From an uncultured Gemmatimonadales bacterium (lineage in GTDB: Bacteria > Gemmatimonadota > Gemmatimonadetes > Gemmatimonadales > GWC2-71-9): a stretch of 64,000 bases of DNA. The stretch spans positions 1 to 64,000 of the forward strand of contig CAWJIM010000006.1 of the NCBI GenBank assembly GCA_963842945.1. The letters run 5' to 3'. The stretch's first letter is position 1. Every line of letters starts with the position of its first letter. Below the pieces are notes generated by a model. The model ran no database searches. It was not told the DNA's origin and saw only the letters and a list, made by a program, of their open reading frames with translations. The position numbers and the translations under genes are program-made. This document shows positions 22,073 to 35,616 of the stretch, piece after piece.

Positions 22073-22331
22073 GGCGGGGCCGGTGGATCAGCTGCAGGTT
22101 GCGCAGATACACCACAAACCCGCTGAGCTGGCCCACGAAGAAAACCGGGTCGTGCCGGTGAATGGCATAGAACAGAAGCAGGAGCGAGCCGCCGAGGCTG
22201 AAGTACCAGAACTCGACCGGCACTACGCTCTCGCCGACCCGCTCGCTGCGCCACCACTGGAACAGGAAGCGCATGGCGAACAGGGCCTGGCCGATGAAGC
22301 CGAGCGCGAGCCAGAGCTGGTCATGTGTCAT
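22059..22331 (-). CDS. Lipid A biosynthesis N-terminal (LAB_N) domain membrane protein
   Basis: GFIGQALFAMRFLFQWWRSE..SVVPVEFWYFSLGG..YAIHRHDPVF..YLRNL. Confidence 0.85.
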   Translation of the reverse strand: MTHDQLWLALGFIGQALFAMRFLFQWWRSERVGESVVPVEFWYFSLGGSLLLLFYAIHRHDPVFFVGQLSGFVVYLRNLQLIHRPRRAEV

Positions 22332-23073
22332 GGGAATTCTCCACGATAGCCGGCCGAATCTGCCGGCGCATAAGCCACCATACCCCGGGCAGGTCGAACA
22401 GGCCGACCCAGAGACGGTCGAACACCCCGTAATGGGAGCGGCCGGTGCCGCGAGGCCGGTGATTGACCGGAACCGAGGCGACTCCCCAGCCGCTCCTGAG
22501 AAAGAGCGCGGGAAGATAGCGGTGCATGTGATTGAAGTGCGGCACCGCCAGAAAAGCGGACCGCTCGAACAGCTTGAGGCCGCAGCCCGTGTCTGGCGTG
22601 CCGTCCCCCAGGACCCGACTCCGAACGGCATTGGCCACCCGCCCCGCCATCCGCTTGTCCCAGCGGTCGCGGCGGAGGCGGCGATTGCCGATGATCAGGC
22701 GGACGGGGGCGGACGGCGGGCGGGCGGAGGACGACGAGGCGCGCACCAGGTCCAGCATGGGGAGGATGTCGGCGGGGTCGTTCTGGCCGTCGCCGTCGAG
22801 GGTGGCGATCCAGGGAGCCCGGGCCGCCTCAACTCCGCTGGCGATCGCGGCGCTCTGACCCGCCCGCTCCCGGTGCCGGACCAGTCTGATCCGGGGTTGC
22901 TCTTCCGCCAACCGCGCCAGACCCTCGGCGCTGCCGTCGTCGCTCCCGTCGTCCACGTAGACGATCTCGTAATCCACCCTGCCGTCGAGCGCCCGGCGGA
23001 TCTCGTCGGCGAGCCGGCTCAGGTTGTCGGCCTCGTTGTGGACGGGAACTACTACGGACAGCTCGGGGGGCAT
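22321..23073 (-). CDS. GT2 polyprenol-phosphate glycosyltransferase (ArnC/DPM1-like)
   Basis: VVVPVHNE, VDDGSDD, LDGDGQNDP, DTGCGLK, MHRYLP. Confidence 0.9.
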   Translation of the reverse strand: MPPELSVVVPVHNEADNLSRLADEIRRALDGRVDYEIVYVDDGSDDGSAEGLARLAEEQPRIRLVRHRERAGQSAAIASGVEAARAPWIATLDGDGQNDPADILPMLDLVRASSSSARPPSAPVRLIIGNRRLRRDRWDKRMAGRVANAVRSRVLGDGTPDTGCGLKLFERSAFLAVPHFNHMHRYLPALFLRSGWGVASVPVNHRPRGTGRSHYGVFDRLWVGLFDLPGVWWLMRRQIRPAIVENSHDT

Positions 23074-23078
23074 GTCCT

Positions 23079-23114
23079 GAGTCTAGAGTCTAAAAGTCTA
23101 GAGTCTAGAGTCTA
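23079..23114 (+). repeat. Heptamer array (GAGTCTA) x5
   Basis: GAGTCTA GAGTCTA AAAGTCTA GAGTCTA GAGTCTA between asmA and the GT2 gene. Confidence 0.85.
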
Positions 23115-25820
23115 CGGCTTAGACGTGGCTTGCCTCCGGGCGGCGGCGACCAGGCTGTCGGCCTGCTTGCTCGCTTCGGCCACGATGCCCGCGGCCTTGG
23201 TGTCGGTCTCCTGGCGCAGCTTGTCGGCCCCGAGCTTGGCCCCGGCCTGGAGCAGCGGGTTGTCCCCCGCCCTCCCCATCAGCGAGTCGGCCTGCTGGTA
23301 GCCAGTCTGCTTCACCCGCGCGGCCACCGACTCCGCCTCCTGCCGGATGGCCGCCGCCTGCTTCTCCGCCTCGGCCACTGCCCGAAGCGCCACCGAGTCC
23401 ACCTTCTGGGTGACGGCCTGGGTCACCGCCTGCTGGGCTCCCGACGCCACCGTCGAGGTGACGCTGCCGAGGTCGACCTTGACGGTGGGGTCGGTGATCT
23501 TGCCGGTGAGCCCGATGTTGAGCGGGACCTCGGACGCAGCACCGAGATTGAAGCCCGCCTTCGACGCCAGTCCCGCTAACGCCTGATCGGCGCCGCCTAC
23601 CAGCGACTTCGGCAGCCTCAGCCCGAGAGTGTAGTCCATGCTCTGGTCGATGCCGTTGGAGCCGGCCACGGTCATGCTGGTGCCGGCCAGCTTCACGGTG
23701 AACGGCTGGGTGACCAGGCGGCCGTCCTTGATCTGAAATCCGGCCTTGATCGCCTGCATGGTTGGGTTGTTGAGGATCTGGAGCTTGGTGACGTCCACCA
23801 GCTTCTCCATCCCCGGAAAATTCTTGAGGGCGACGTTCTGGCTCTGAAAAATCCCTTTCCCGGTCAGCGCGTTGAACAGCGGCATCATGTTCTTGCCCAG
23901 AGCGCCGCTCAGGTTGATGTCGGTGTTCACCGTCCCCGAGGCGTACTTCGCCACCGGCGCGAACATCTGCACAGTGGTAAAGGCCTGGAAGGCAGAGGGG
24001 ATGTCGATCTTGACCATCTTGAGGCCGACGTCGAACGCCGGCTTGGCCAGGATCTTGGTGTCGTACGACCCGTTCAGGACGATCTGCCCGCCCAGCGTGT
24101 TCATCCGGAAATCCTGCAGCGTCACCCGCTGGTCCTTGATCCGGAGCTTCCCGGTCGCCCCGGTCATCTTGAGCTTGTTGTAGGTCAGCTCTTTCACCGT
24201 CGCGTTGAGCCCAAAGTCGATCTTGGGCGGCACCGGGATGATCTGCAGGTCGCCCTCGCCCGAGCGCCACTCGTCCAGATCGAAGTGGTTGCTCTGGATC
24301 GTCGCGCTGCCCTTGAGGGTGTCGTCGCGGAAGGCGTAGGAGATGAGGTTATCGAGCGAGCCGGTCGCCCGGAGATCGCTGCTCCCCACCGTGCCGGTGA
24401 ACGAGGTGAGCTGGGCCCGTTCCGGCGCAAGCCTGAGCGACGCCTGCTGAATCGCCAGCGGATGGGGCAGCGCTTCGCCCTTTACCGTGAGGCCGGCGAC
24501 GTCGACAGTGCCGCTGGCCGCTACCCGGTCGTACTGCTGCTTGTCTATTGCCGACATCCGGGTCTTGACCGCCGCGTCGGCCGCGATGGTGCCGGTGAGC
24601 TGGTCCACTTTGTCCAGCTTGACCGTGCGCCGCACGTCGGCCAGGTCCACCTTGCCCTTCATTTTGAGATCCACGTTGGGATCCGAGACCGGCGTCTTCA
24701 CCACCAGCGACGCGTCCACCGGGTTCGCGCCCATCCGTAGATGGAAGCGGCTCAGGTTGACCACCGTGCTGTCGGCGCTGCCGCCCGGATTGGTAAGCGC
24801 CAGGTCCATCATGATGTCGCGGGCGGGCAGCGGGAGATCGGGATACTGGAAGGCGGCGTTGTTCACCTTCGCGTTCAGCTGGAAAGCGGGAAACGCGCTG
24901 TCGCCGTACTCGCCCTTCACCGCGCCCAGCAGCGAGAAGGTGCCCGAGGTCTTCACCTTGTCGAAGTCGTGGGCGTAGACCGCCGGCACCAGCGACAGGA
25001 TGCTGAGGAATTTGGTGCTGGGCGCCTTGAAGGACAGATCGAGGCCAAGGAGCTTGCCGGTGGAGCGGGCCGAGCCGGTGACGCCGAGCTTGAGGTCGTT
25101 GAGACTGAGGTCGGTGGTCCTGAGCGTGTAGACCTTGTTGGCCAGATCGGCGGCGACATCGGCGTCGAGACCGAGGCGAACCCGATTGAGATAGGGCATG
25201 CCGGCAAAGCTCACGCTCACCGTGTCGGCATCGGCCTTGGTCTTGACCGCGACCTGCTTCTGGCTGAAGTCGCCGCTGAGCGACTGGTCGTAGCCCTTGA
25301 GCGTCGCCTTGAGTTTGGATTTACGATTGTCGAAGGAGACCGTGCCGTCCTTGATCTCGAAGTCCCGGAGGCTCACGTCCATGGGCTTCGAGTCGCGAGT
25401 CGCGAGTCCCGAGTCGCGAGAAATGTCCCAGTTGGCGGTACCATCCTCTAGGGCGATCAGGTTGAGTCGAGGCTGATCCAGCTCCACTCCCTTCACGACA
25501 ATAGGCTTGCTGCTCAGCGCGTAGCCCACCACGCTGCCGAGGTCGAGTACCACGCCCAGGTGGCGGACGGCGGCCAGGGTGTCGCCCTGGAAGCGGCCCT
25601 GGTTGGCGACGGTGAGGTCGTCCAGCCGGAGGGTGAGGTTGGGGAAGTGGCGGAAGAAGCTGAGCCCGGCGTCCTTCCAGTCGACCCTGGCGTTGAGGTT
25701 CCGGTTGGCGGTTTCCTTGGCCTTGGAGGCGATCTGGTTCTTGAAGAAGAACGGGACAACCAGCAGCAGAACGAGGATCAGGGCGAGCAGGCCGCCCACG
25801 ATGGTGAGGACGCGTTTCAT
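23112..25820 (-). CDS. AsmA-like lipid-bridge protein (902 aa)
   Basis: N-terminal TM anchor, LSFFRHFPNLTLRL, DGTANWDI, repeated beta-groove pattern, AsmA-like C-terminus plus helical tail. Confidence 0.85.
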   Translation of the reverse strand: MKRVLTIVGGLLALILVLLLVVPFFFKNQIASKAKETANRNLNARVDWKDAGLSFFRHFPNLTLRLDDLTVANQGRFQGDTLAAVRHLGVVLDLGSVVGYALSSKPIVVKGVELDQPRLNLIALEDGTANWDISRDSGLATRDSKPMDVSLRDFEIKDGTVSFDNRKSKLKATLKGYDQSLSGDFSQKQVAVKTKADADTVSVSFAGMPYLNRVRLGLDADVAADLANKVYTLRTTDLSLNDLKLGVTGSARSTGKLLGLDLSFKAPSTKFLSILSLVPAVYAHDFDKVKTSGTFSLLGAVKGEYGDSAFPAFQLNAKVNNAAFQYPDLPLPARDIMMDLALTNPGGSADSTVVNLSRFHLRMGANPVDASLVVKTPVSDPNVDLKMKGKVDLADVRRTVKLDKVDQLTGTIAADAAVKTRMSAIDKQQYDRVAASGTVDVAGLTVKGEALPHPLAIQQASLRLAPERAQLTSFTGTVGSSDLRATGSLDNLISYAFRDDTLKGSATIQSNHFDLDEWRSGEGDLQIIPVPPKIDFGLNATVKELTYNKLKMTGATGKLRIKDQRVTLQDFRMNTLGGQIVLNGSYDTKILAKPAFDVGLKMVKIDIPSAFQAFTTVQMFAPVAKYASGTVNTDINLSGALGKNMMPLFNALTGKGIFQSQNVALKNFPGMEKLVDVTKLQILNNPTMQAIKAGFQIKDGRLVTQPFTVKLAGTSMTVAGSNGIDQSMDYTLGLRLPKSLVGGADQALAGLASKAGFNLGAASEVPLNIGLTGKITDPTVKVDLGSVTSTVASGAQQAVTQAVTQKVDSVALRAVAEAEKQAAAIRQEAESVAARVKQTGYQQADSLMGRAGDNPLLQAGAKLGADKLRQETDTKAAGIVAEASKQADSLVAAARRQATSKP
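25390..25421 (+). repeat. Heptamer array (GAGTCGC) x4 inside asmA
   Basis: Encodes SRDSGLATRDSK in the linker after NWDI. Confidence 0.8.
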
Positions 25821-25956
25821 CTGCGTACGGTCTCGGGTCTAGAGCTTAGAGTCAAGGCAATCCGTCACATCTAGGAAGCTGCGAGAGGTCCCCCTCCCGC
25901 AATCCTGCTTATCCCATCAAGTTCCCTCCCTTGCTTCCCAACAACCAGGCACCCTC

Positions 25957-28616
<2,660 letters not shown>

Positions 28617-28856
28617 TGGACCCCAGTCCGCAGGCGTCAGACGCCTTACCCTACCGTAGTTCTTCACCGTGGTGGCTCCGCGGCGCGCCCTACAATGAGT
28701 TCCGCCACGAATGTGTAACGGGTGTCCGACCGCCATCATGGAGCTTGGTATTGCTGCGGCTGCCACTTATACTTTTTTTCCCCCCAAATCCATCTGGTTG
28801 CCCGCGGATTCGTGCTGGCCCTCCATCACGTGCCGGTAACCAGTTAAAGAGGGGGA

Positions 28857-31133
28857 GTGAAGGTCATAGCCTCGCTGAGGCCTATACCCGCTCGTTCCCA
28901 CTTCAGAGATCCTCACGGTCGGATACGACAGTTGTTGCCTGGTCCGCAGGACCACCCACCAGCTGTCACATTCCTGCTCGTTGGTCTCGTTTCCGTCTGG
29001 CCTCGCCTCTTGGTGCTATCCCAGGGAGCCGAGCCCTCGATCCGCGACACCCCGTTGAGCACCACTCGGCTCGCTGGCTGGCGCGGCGCAGTGGCGCGCC
29101 TTCCGGCACGCCAACGCGGCGGAGAGGGATGCGCTCGCCAAAGTTGCCCGGCTCGAGCGCGAGCTGGCCAGCCACGAATCTCTGGAGGACAGCTGGCCTC
29201 ATCGAGAGGACTGATATCGACCCCGCTCGAGCAGGCCCAGGGTTACACGATCTTCCTGTTGGATGTTGAGGGCAGAGTCACGAGCTGGAACCCCGGTGTG
29301 CGACGGGTCCACGGCTATGGTGAAACAGGATTGTCCAGATCTTCGTCGGCGACCTGTACACCGCGGAAGACCGCGAGGCGGGGGCGCCGGAGCGAGAGCT
29401 TCAGGAAGCGGCGGAGCAAGGGCGGCCAGCTCGGAGCGGTGGGTGGTCCGGAAGGACGGCAGCCGTTTCTGGGCCTCATGTCACGCCGCGTGCGATCGAG
29501 GACAGCTTCTGGGTTTCGCCAGGCGGCTGCGCGATCTCTCCCGGAGTAAGCACGCCGAGGAGCAGCTTCGGCGGAAACAGGCGGCTCTGGAGCTGGCGCA
29601 CGAAGCCGGTGGGCTGGGGACCTGGGAATACGAACTGGACACGGGCGAGATGTGCTGGGATGACCGGGCGAAGGCCCTCTTCGGGCTGCTCGCGGACGGC
29701 CACCCGTGACAGTGACCGCCTGGCTGGAGGCGATCCACCCGGAGGACCGCGAGGAGACCGAGAAGCGCTGGGACCGGGCTCTCCGGGACCGCTCACCGCT
29801 CTCGGTGGAGTGCCGGGTAATCTGGCCGGATGGCAGCATCCATTGGATCATGGCGGTCGGCCGGTGCACCATCGATCTGAATGGGCGAGCCGCTGTACCA
29901 TGGCCGGCGTTATGCTCGACCTGACGGAACGGCGCCGCACCGAGGAGCACCTCCAGGAGGGCATGCGACTGGAGGCGGTCGGTCGGCTCGCCGGCGGCAT
30001 CGCCCACGACCTCAATAACATGCTCGCTGCGATTCTGGGCTTCTGCGAGTTCCTGACGATCGGGGGCTGGATCCTAACGACCCGCGGCGTGGGGACGTGG
30101 AGCAGATCTCGCTGGCCGCCGACCGGTCAGGCAGGCTGACCCGCCAACTTCTCGCCTTCGCGCGGCGCGAGCTGATCCAGCCGCGGCTGCTGGACATCGA
30201 TGCGGTGGTACGGGCAGGCCGGGGGCCTGCTCCCCTCGATCCTGGGCGAGCAACATCGGAGCCGTCCTGCAGCTGGCAGTCGGATCGGGGCGTCGTGTTC
30301 GCCGACCCGCGCCAGATCGAGAGCAGACGCTGATGAACCTGGTGCTCAATGCCCGGGACGCACATGCCCCAGGGCGGTCGAGTCACCATCGAGACCAAGA
30401 CGGTCCGAGTTCGAGCCCGGCTCACCGCGTCGCGGCAGGTCGGCGACACCGAACGCCGATCGGCAGATTCATCGATGCTGGCCGTGACCGACACGGGCCA
30501 TGGCATGGCAGCGGCGACCCTACAGCGTATCTGGGAGCCGTTCTTCACGACCGGAAGCCGCGCGGGCAGGGCACGGGCCTGGGGCTCTCATCCGTGTACG
30601 GCGCGGCCAAGCAGAGCGGGGGATTCGGTGTGGGCTGACCTCGGAGCCCGGGGTCGGGGCACCACGATACGAGGTGTACTGGCCCGAGGAGCCGGCTGCG
30701 CCGGATCGTTGGGCGGAGTCGGCGGGCTCGGCCGCAGGTGTCGGGGAGGCAGGGTCGAAACGAGTAGAAGCGAGGATTTCGGTGCTCGGATTGCCGACGG
30801 CCCTCAAGCCTGACAGTATCGGTGACAAGCACGTAAAGCTCGAGGATGTTATTCGACCTCAACAGCACGAGATCCCGCCGATACTGGTCATCACCGAGGT
30901 TGTCATGCGGGCATGGCGGGCTATCGGGGCCATCGGTTGGCCCTTCGCCCGGGCTCCCCGTCCTCTTCACCTCGGCCTTCGTGGACGAGGACGTGATCCG
31001 TCGCGGTCTGCTTGAAAAGAACCGACCCTTCCTTCAGAAGCCCAGCACCCCGCAGGAACTTGCGCGACAAAGGGTGCGCACCGTTCTGGATGTCTGTGAG
31101 TCTCTTCGATGCTCGAGCTGCCCCGGGAGGTAG
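28857..31133 (+). pseudogene. PAS-PAS hybrid histidine kinase/receiver, heavily disrupted
   Basis: IFLLDVEGRVTSWN, RKDGSRFW, LAGGIAHDLNN, NLVLNARDA, DTGHGM, EPFFTT, GTGLGLS, FLQKP; many frameshifts and an apparently deleted receiver N-terminus. Confidence 0.75.
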
Positions 31134-31469
31134 GCTGCCGCGAATTCTTCCACCTGACAACGGCGTGAGCTACCAGGGCTTCTCCTGGGCGTCGGATCAA
31201 TAGGCGTGCCACCACTGAATGACGGAGCGGCTGGTCGCTTCCCATTACAGTAGGCTGAGACGGCTCGAACGCACTCTGGTTTGAGCACGCGCTGGCAAGC
31301 AAGGTCAAAGAAAAAATCAGTACAATCGCAAGCACGACGGGACATGCAAGAGGCTCCTTCGGGCCAGGGGCGAAGTTAGAGAAGAATTCCGTTACAGGGG
31401 GTGGGGGTACGAAGATGACAGAGGGCGCATTCGTCCAAGTGTTTTCACCCACCTTCCCGCCAGAGACGT

Positions 31470-33750
31470 AGACCTTTCCGTTGATCCGTATGCCCCACCG
31501 TTGGTCTCAAACAACGGGGGCAGCGCCCGTCATGCTCGCCTAGCATCGTACGCATGATGGCCTCGAGCTGCGCGAGGTCCCGCGTCGCATCGATGGTAGT
31601 ATCGGCTCGAGCCCGCCGCGCTATAGCGTCGGCACTATCCCGATGGCCGGCACGGGCCTGGGCGATGGCCATGAGCATCTGCCCATAGTGTTCATTGAAC
31701 GATCGGACGTTCGGCGGTGTAAGCTCGAGGTACTTCTCATAGAGTGGCCGTAGTCGGCCCGGGTCTGGAGTCGTGGCTTTTAGCGCGTAGAGCCAGAGCT
31801 GGCACTCCGCAAAACGATAAGACTCCGGAAAACGCCGCTGGCCCTCTTCGCACCAGCGCTTCGATTCCTGGGCGTCTTCAAGGTCGAGCGAGCTCTGGAA
31901 CAGCCGCCAGATAGTTGCTGGGCCGAGGCAAGGTAAGGATCCGCCTGGTACGCACGCAGAGCGGCGATCTTGGCCAGAGATGACTGGCTCGGCCCACCGC
32001 AGGTTCGGGTGATAAGTCCAGGTATTGGTGGCGACGTGAGTCGGCCTGAACCCTGCTCAGGCTGGCACCGGACGAATTCCGCGCGAGATGAGCACCAGCG
32101 TTCGTATATGACATCCTGTCCGCCCTGGTTGACGGGCGGCCGTAGCGACCGGACTGCGGGTCCCGCCCGATGTCGGTCGGGCGACCCAGCCGATCTGCTG
32201 CTGACGAGATCCAGGCGTGACTAGGCAATCCGACCTCGGCGACCCATGGGCGTGACTACTCGTTCTTCAGTCGCTGGCAGCCAAACGAGCAGCCTGGCCA
32301 GTGAAAAGCCGCGCATTGGTATCGCCCGCGGCCAGCAGTCCATCGATGTCACGAGTGGCTCTCCGGCCGTGCAGCAAATCCACGGGGTAATCTGGGCTGC
32401 TTCATCATCGCTGAACCTCCATAGCTGAGGAACAGGTTAATACCCCACTGACCTTCCCGAATCGGAAGGACGGTGCGGCCGCTCGAACCTGCTCCCCAGC
32501 CGCCTCAAGTGACAGTCAACAAAGCCACCGTGAGTCACAGGCGTCCAGCGGACTGGGCCACAGTACCCTGGACCAGCGTTCCCACCTTCAGGGCCCGGGC
32601 GACACTATCGGGAGAAACGTTGGTGTGGCGGTAGGGCCCGACTCCATTCTGGGAGATCACCCGCAGCGTGGGGACGCGGCTGAGCTGATGAATGAGCTCT
32701 TCAGTGAGGCCATCGGCCAGATAGCTCAGTGAATCCCGAGGGTACCGCTGCTGGAAATAGAGCACGGCAATGTCCCGCGGATCGAATACCGCTGCACGCG
32801 CGACCGAGTGCGGCTCTCCTGCCCGGGACTGGAGAATCGCCGACAGGATTCCCAGGGCCACCGCGGTGACCGCCAGTGCGGTCCAGACCTGCCGGGAGCG
32901 CCGAGCCGGTGCCCGCTCGCTATCTGACTCGAGCCCTGCGAGCGTCGCTGCGAACTCGCTCATGTGAAAGCGTTCCGCCGGCTTCTTGGCCAGGGCACGC
33001 GCCACTGCCGCCTGCACCTTCTCGGGCACTGAGCGGTCCACCAGACTGAGACTGGGCGCCTGCTCCAGCGAGTGGCGCGCGACGATGGTCGTAACGCTGT
33101 GACCTTCGAACGGAGGAGCGCCGGAGAGCATCTCGTACAGCACACAGCCGAGGCTGTAGACATCGCTCCGCCCATCAATGTCCGCATTGCCCAGTGCCTG
33201 TTCGGGGCTCATGTACTGCGGTGTACCGAAGACGGGACCGCTACCGGCCACAGGCTCAGCATCGTTTGCCGCCCGGGCTATACCATAGTCGGCCACCAGG
33301 ACATGATCCTTCTGCAGCAGAATATTTTCGGGCTTCACGTCACAATGGATGACTCCCTGTTCATGAGCGTAGGCGAGCGCGTCGGCTGCCTCGCGCGCGA
33401 TCCGGAGCGCCTCAGCCAGTGGCGGACGGGGCTTCCGGAGGAGACGCTGCCGCAGTGACTCTCCTTCCACAAACGGCATGACGTAGTACAGAAAGCCATT
33501 TCCCGAGCCCGAGTCGAACAACGGCAGGATGTGCGGGTGCTGGAGATTGGCGACAACCCGGATCTCACTGAAGAATCGCTGGGGACCGACCGCCGCGGCG
33601 AATGCGGGACGGAGAACCGTGAGCGCGACCTGGCGCTCGTGGCGCAGGTCGCGAGCGAGATAAACGGCGGCCATGCCACAGTCTCCCAGCTTACGCTCGA
33701 GCTGAAGCGGTCGGCGAGGCCTATGTGCAGTTTATCGCGTTAATCTGATG
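31470..33750 (-). pseudogene. Ser/Thr kinase with TolB_N/TPR-type C-terminus, decayed
   Basis: ORF 32535-33674 has a kinase fold but VALT for VALK, HCD and DYG; IAVLYF..ADGLTEELI motif; C-terminal remnant at about 31.5-31.9 kb; ends approximate. Confidence 0.7.
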
Positions 33751-33867
33751 CAGTAGGTCCACCGCGGGAGAGCCTTTGAAGCCCCAGGAAACAACTCCCT
33801 ACGCTGGGGACCTATGTAATATATTGCTGCGTCCCCCGAGACATAGATGGTTCAATAGAGGTGATAC

Positions 33868-34943
33868 ATGAGGCATCATCGGGCCCAGCCCCTGCGCCGG
33901 TTCTCTATTCTTGTCCTGGCACTGGCCGGGTTAGTCGCCTCGAGTTGTGCCCCCGATGGGTCGGAGCCTACGGACCCCCGACCCACCTTGGCTCTCGGGA
34001 CGCAAGCTCCCGATTTGACCCGGGCTCTCGCCGCGCAGGCGCGGTACACCGAGAGGCTGCTACGGGTCGAGGGGGTAGTCGGGACGGCGGTTGGGCTCGG
34101 CGCCGACGGTCAGGCCGAGGTGCAGCTCTACACCAAGGTGCCTGGTGTACCGGGGCTTCCGGCCAGACTGGACGGGGTGTCGGTCTCGGTCGTCGTCACT
34201 GGTGAGATCCGAGCCATGCCGATTGTGGCCGATGCTCCCGCAGAGGTGTCGGCCGGGACTCGCATAGACCCGAGCGGCTAATTCGTCGTTCGGTGCCGAT
34301 CGGCGTGTCCACCGGAAACCAGGGGGAGTGCTCGGCCGGAACGATTGGTGCCCGGGTGAAGTCGGGCAACGCCACCTACGCTCTCAGCAACAACCACCTC
34401 TACGCCCTGGAGAACACGGCCCCGCTCGGCAGCAAGGTGCTTCAGCCTGGCCGTGCTGACCTCAAGTGTGGCAGTGGATCGAGTGCCGTCCTGGGCCCGC
34501 TCAGCAAGTTCGTACCGATCCAATTCTCCACCAGCGCCAACAACAAGGTGGACGCCGCGATTGTGGCTGCCACGACGGCGAACCTGGCCAGGAGCACGCC
34601 CATCGATGGCTACGGTACCCCCCGCACCAGCATCGCAGCGGCAGCCCTCAATCAAGTGGTCCAGAAATACGGGAGGACGACAGGACTCACGACCGGTACC
34701 GTAGTCGGGGTCAACGATATACTGAACGTCCGCTACTCCAGCGGAACCGCGCGATTCGTCGGCCAGATCACCATCAGGGGCCCCGGCCAATTCTCCCGCG
34801 CGGGCGATTCGGGCGCTCTCATCGTTAACACCGATAAACGCCCGGTCGGTCTTCTTTTCGCCGGCACCATGAACGGCTACACCTTTGCCAACCAGATCGG
34901 GGACGTGCTCACGGCCCTGAGGGTCTCGATCGACGGCACCTGA
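33868..34943 (+). CDS. Predicted lipoprotein trypsin-like (Nal1-type) serine protease; one indel near 34280
   Basis: Lipobox LVASSC, prodomain [39 protein letters not shown]. Confidence 0.75.
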
Positions 34944-35491
34944 GCGGGACCCACGAGGCGCGCGCAGAACGGGTCACTCCTTGTTGCGATCGAGATGAGT
35001 CCAGTGGGTCCGGAATGATGCACTGAGCTATTTCTGAGAGACCTTCTCCCCTTTTGGAATAATGCCGCGTACTGGCCGTATCCCTCCGCCTCCAGCTTGT
35101 CGGCCGGGATGAACCGGAGCGCCGCCGAGTTCATGCAGTAGCGGAGACCGGTGGGCGCGGGACCGTCATCGAACACGTGGCCCAGGTGGGAGTCGGCGTG
35201 CTTCGACCGCACCTCGGTCCGCTCGGCGAAGAGCTTGGAGTCGGTCTTGGTCTCAATGTTGGCCGGCTCCAGCGGACGGGTGAAGCTGGGCCAGCCGGTG
35301 CCCGAGTCGTACTTGTCGAGCGAGCTGAACAGCGGCTCCCCGGAGACGACATCCACGTAGATGCCGGGCTCGTGGTTGTCCCAGTAGGCATTGCTGAACG
35401 GCCGCTCGGTGCCCTCGTGCTGGGTCACCTGGTACTGCTCCGAACTGAGCTTCTGCTTGAGCTCGGCGTCGCTGGGCTTGTTGAAGGTCAT
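34877..35491 (-). CDS. msrB: Methionine-R-sulfoxide reductase
   Basis: [42 protein letters not shown]; recognisable sequence ends near 35050 and the extended tail may be an indel artefact. Confidence 0.95.
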   Translation of the reverse strand: MTFNKPSDAELKQKLSSEQYQVTQHEGTERPFSNAYWDNHEPGIYVDVVSGEPLFSSLDKYDSGTGWPSFTRPLEPANIETKTDSKLFAERTEVRSKHADSHLGHVFDDGPAPTGLRYCMNSAALRFIPADKLEAEGYGQYAALFQKGRRSLRNSSVHHSGPTGLISIATRSDPFCARLVGPAQVPSIETLRAVSTSPIWLAKV

Positions 35492-35522
35492 CGGCGTTCC
35501 ATCCTTTTGGTTGTAGTCGTTG

Positions 35523-35616
35523 GAGTCACGAGACGCGAGTCTGGAGTCATGAGTCGAAGCGTCGGCAGATCCGGATAGTCGGCACGGCTCCTGACTCCTG
35601 ACTCCCGACTCCTGAC
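35523..35616. repeat. Inverted pair of heptamer arrays (GAGTCNN x5 / GACTCCN x4) at the msrA-msrB junction
   Basis: Arrays at 35523-35557 and 35586-35616 are in opposite orientation. Confidence 0.8.

Noticed and set aside
28617..29269. C-terminal extension of the kinase-propeller ORF
   Set aside because: Composition is not protein-like after SDVWVTEI and it overlaps the next gene; probably read-through from an indel
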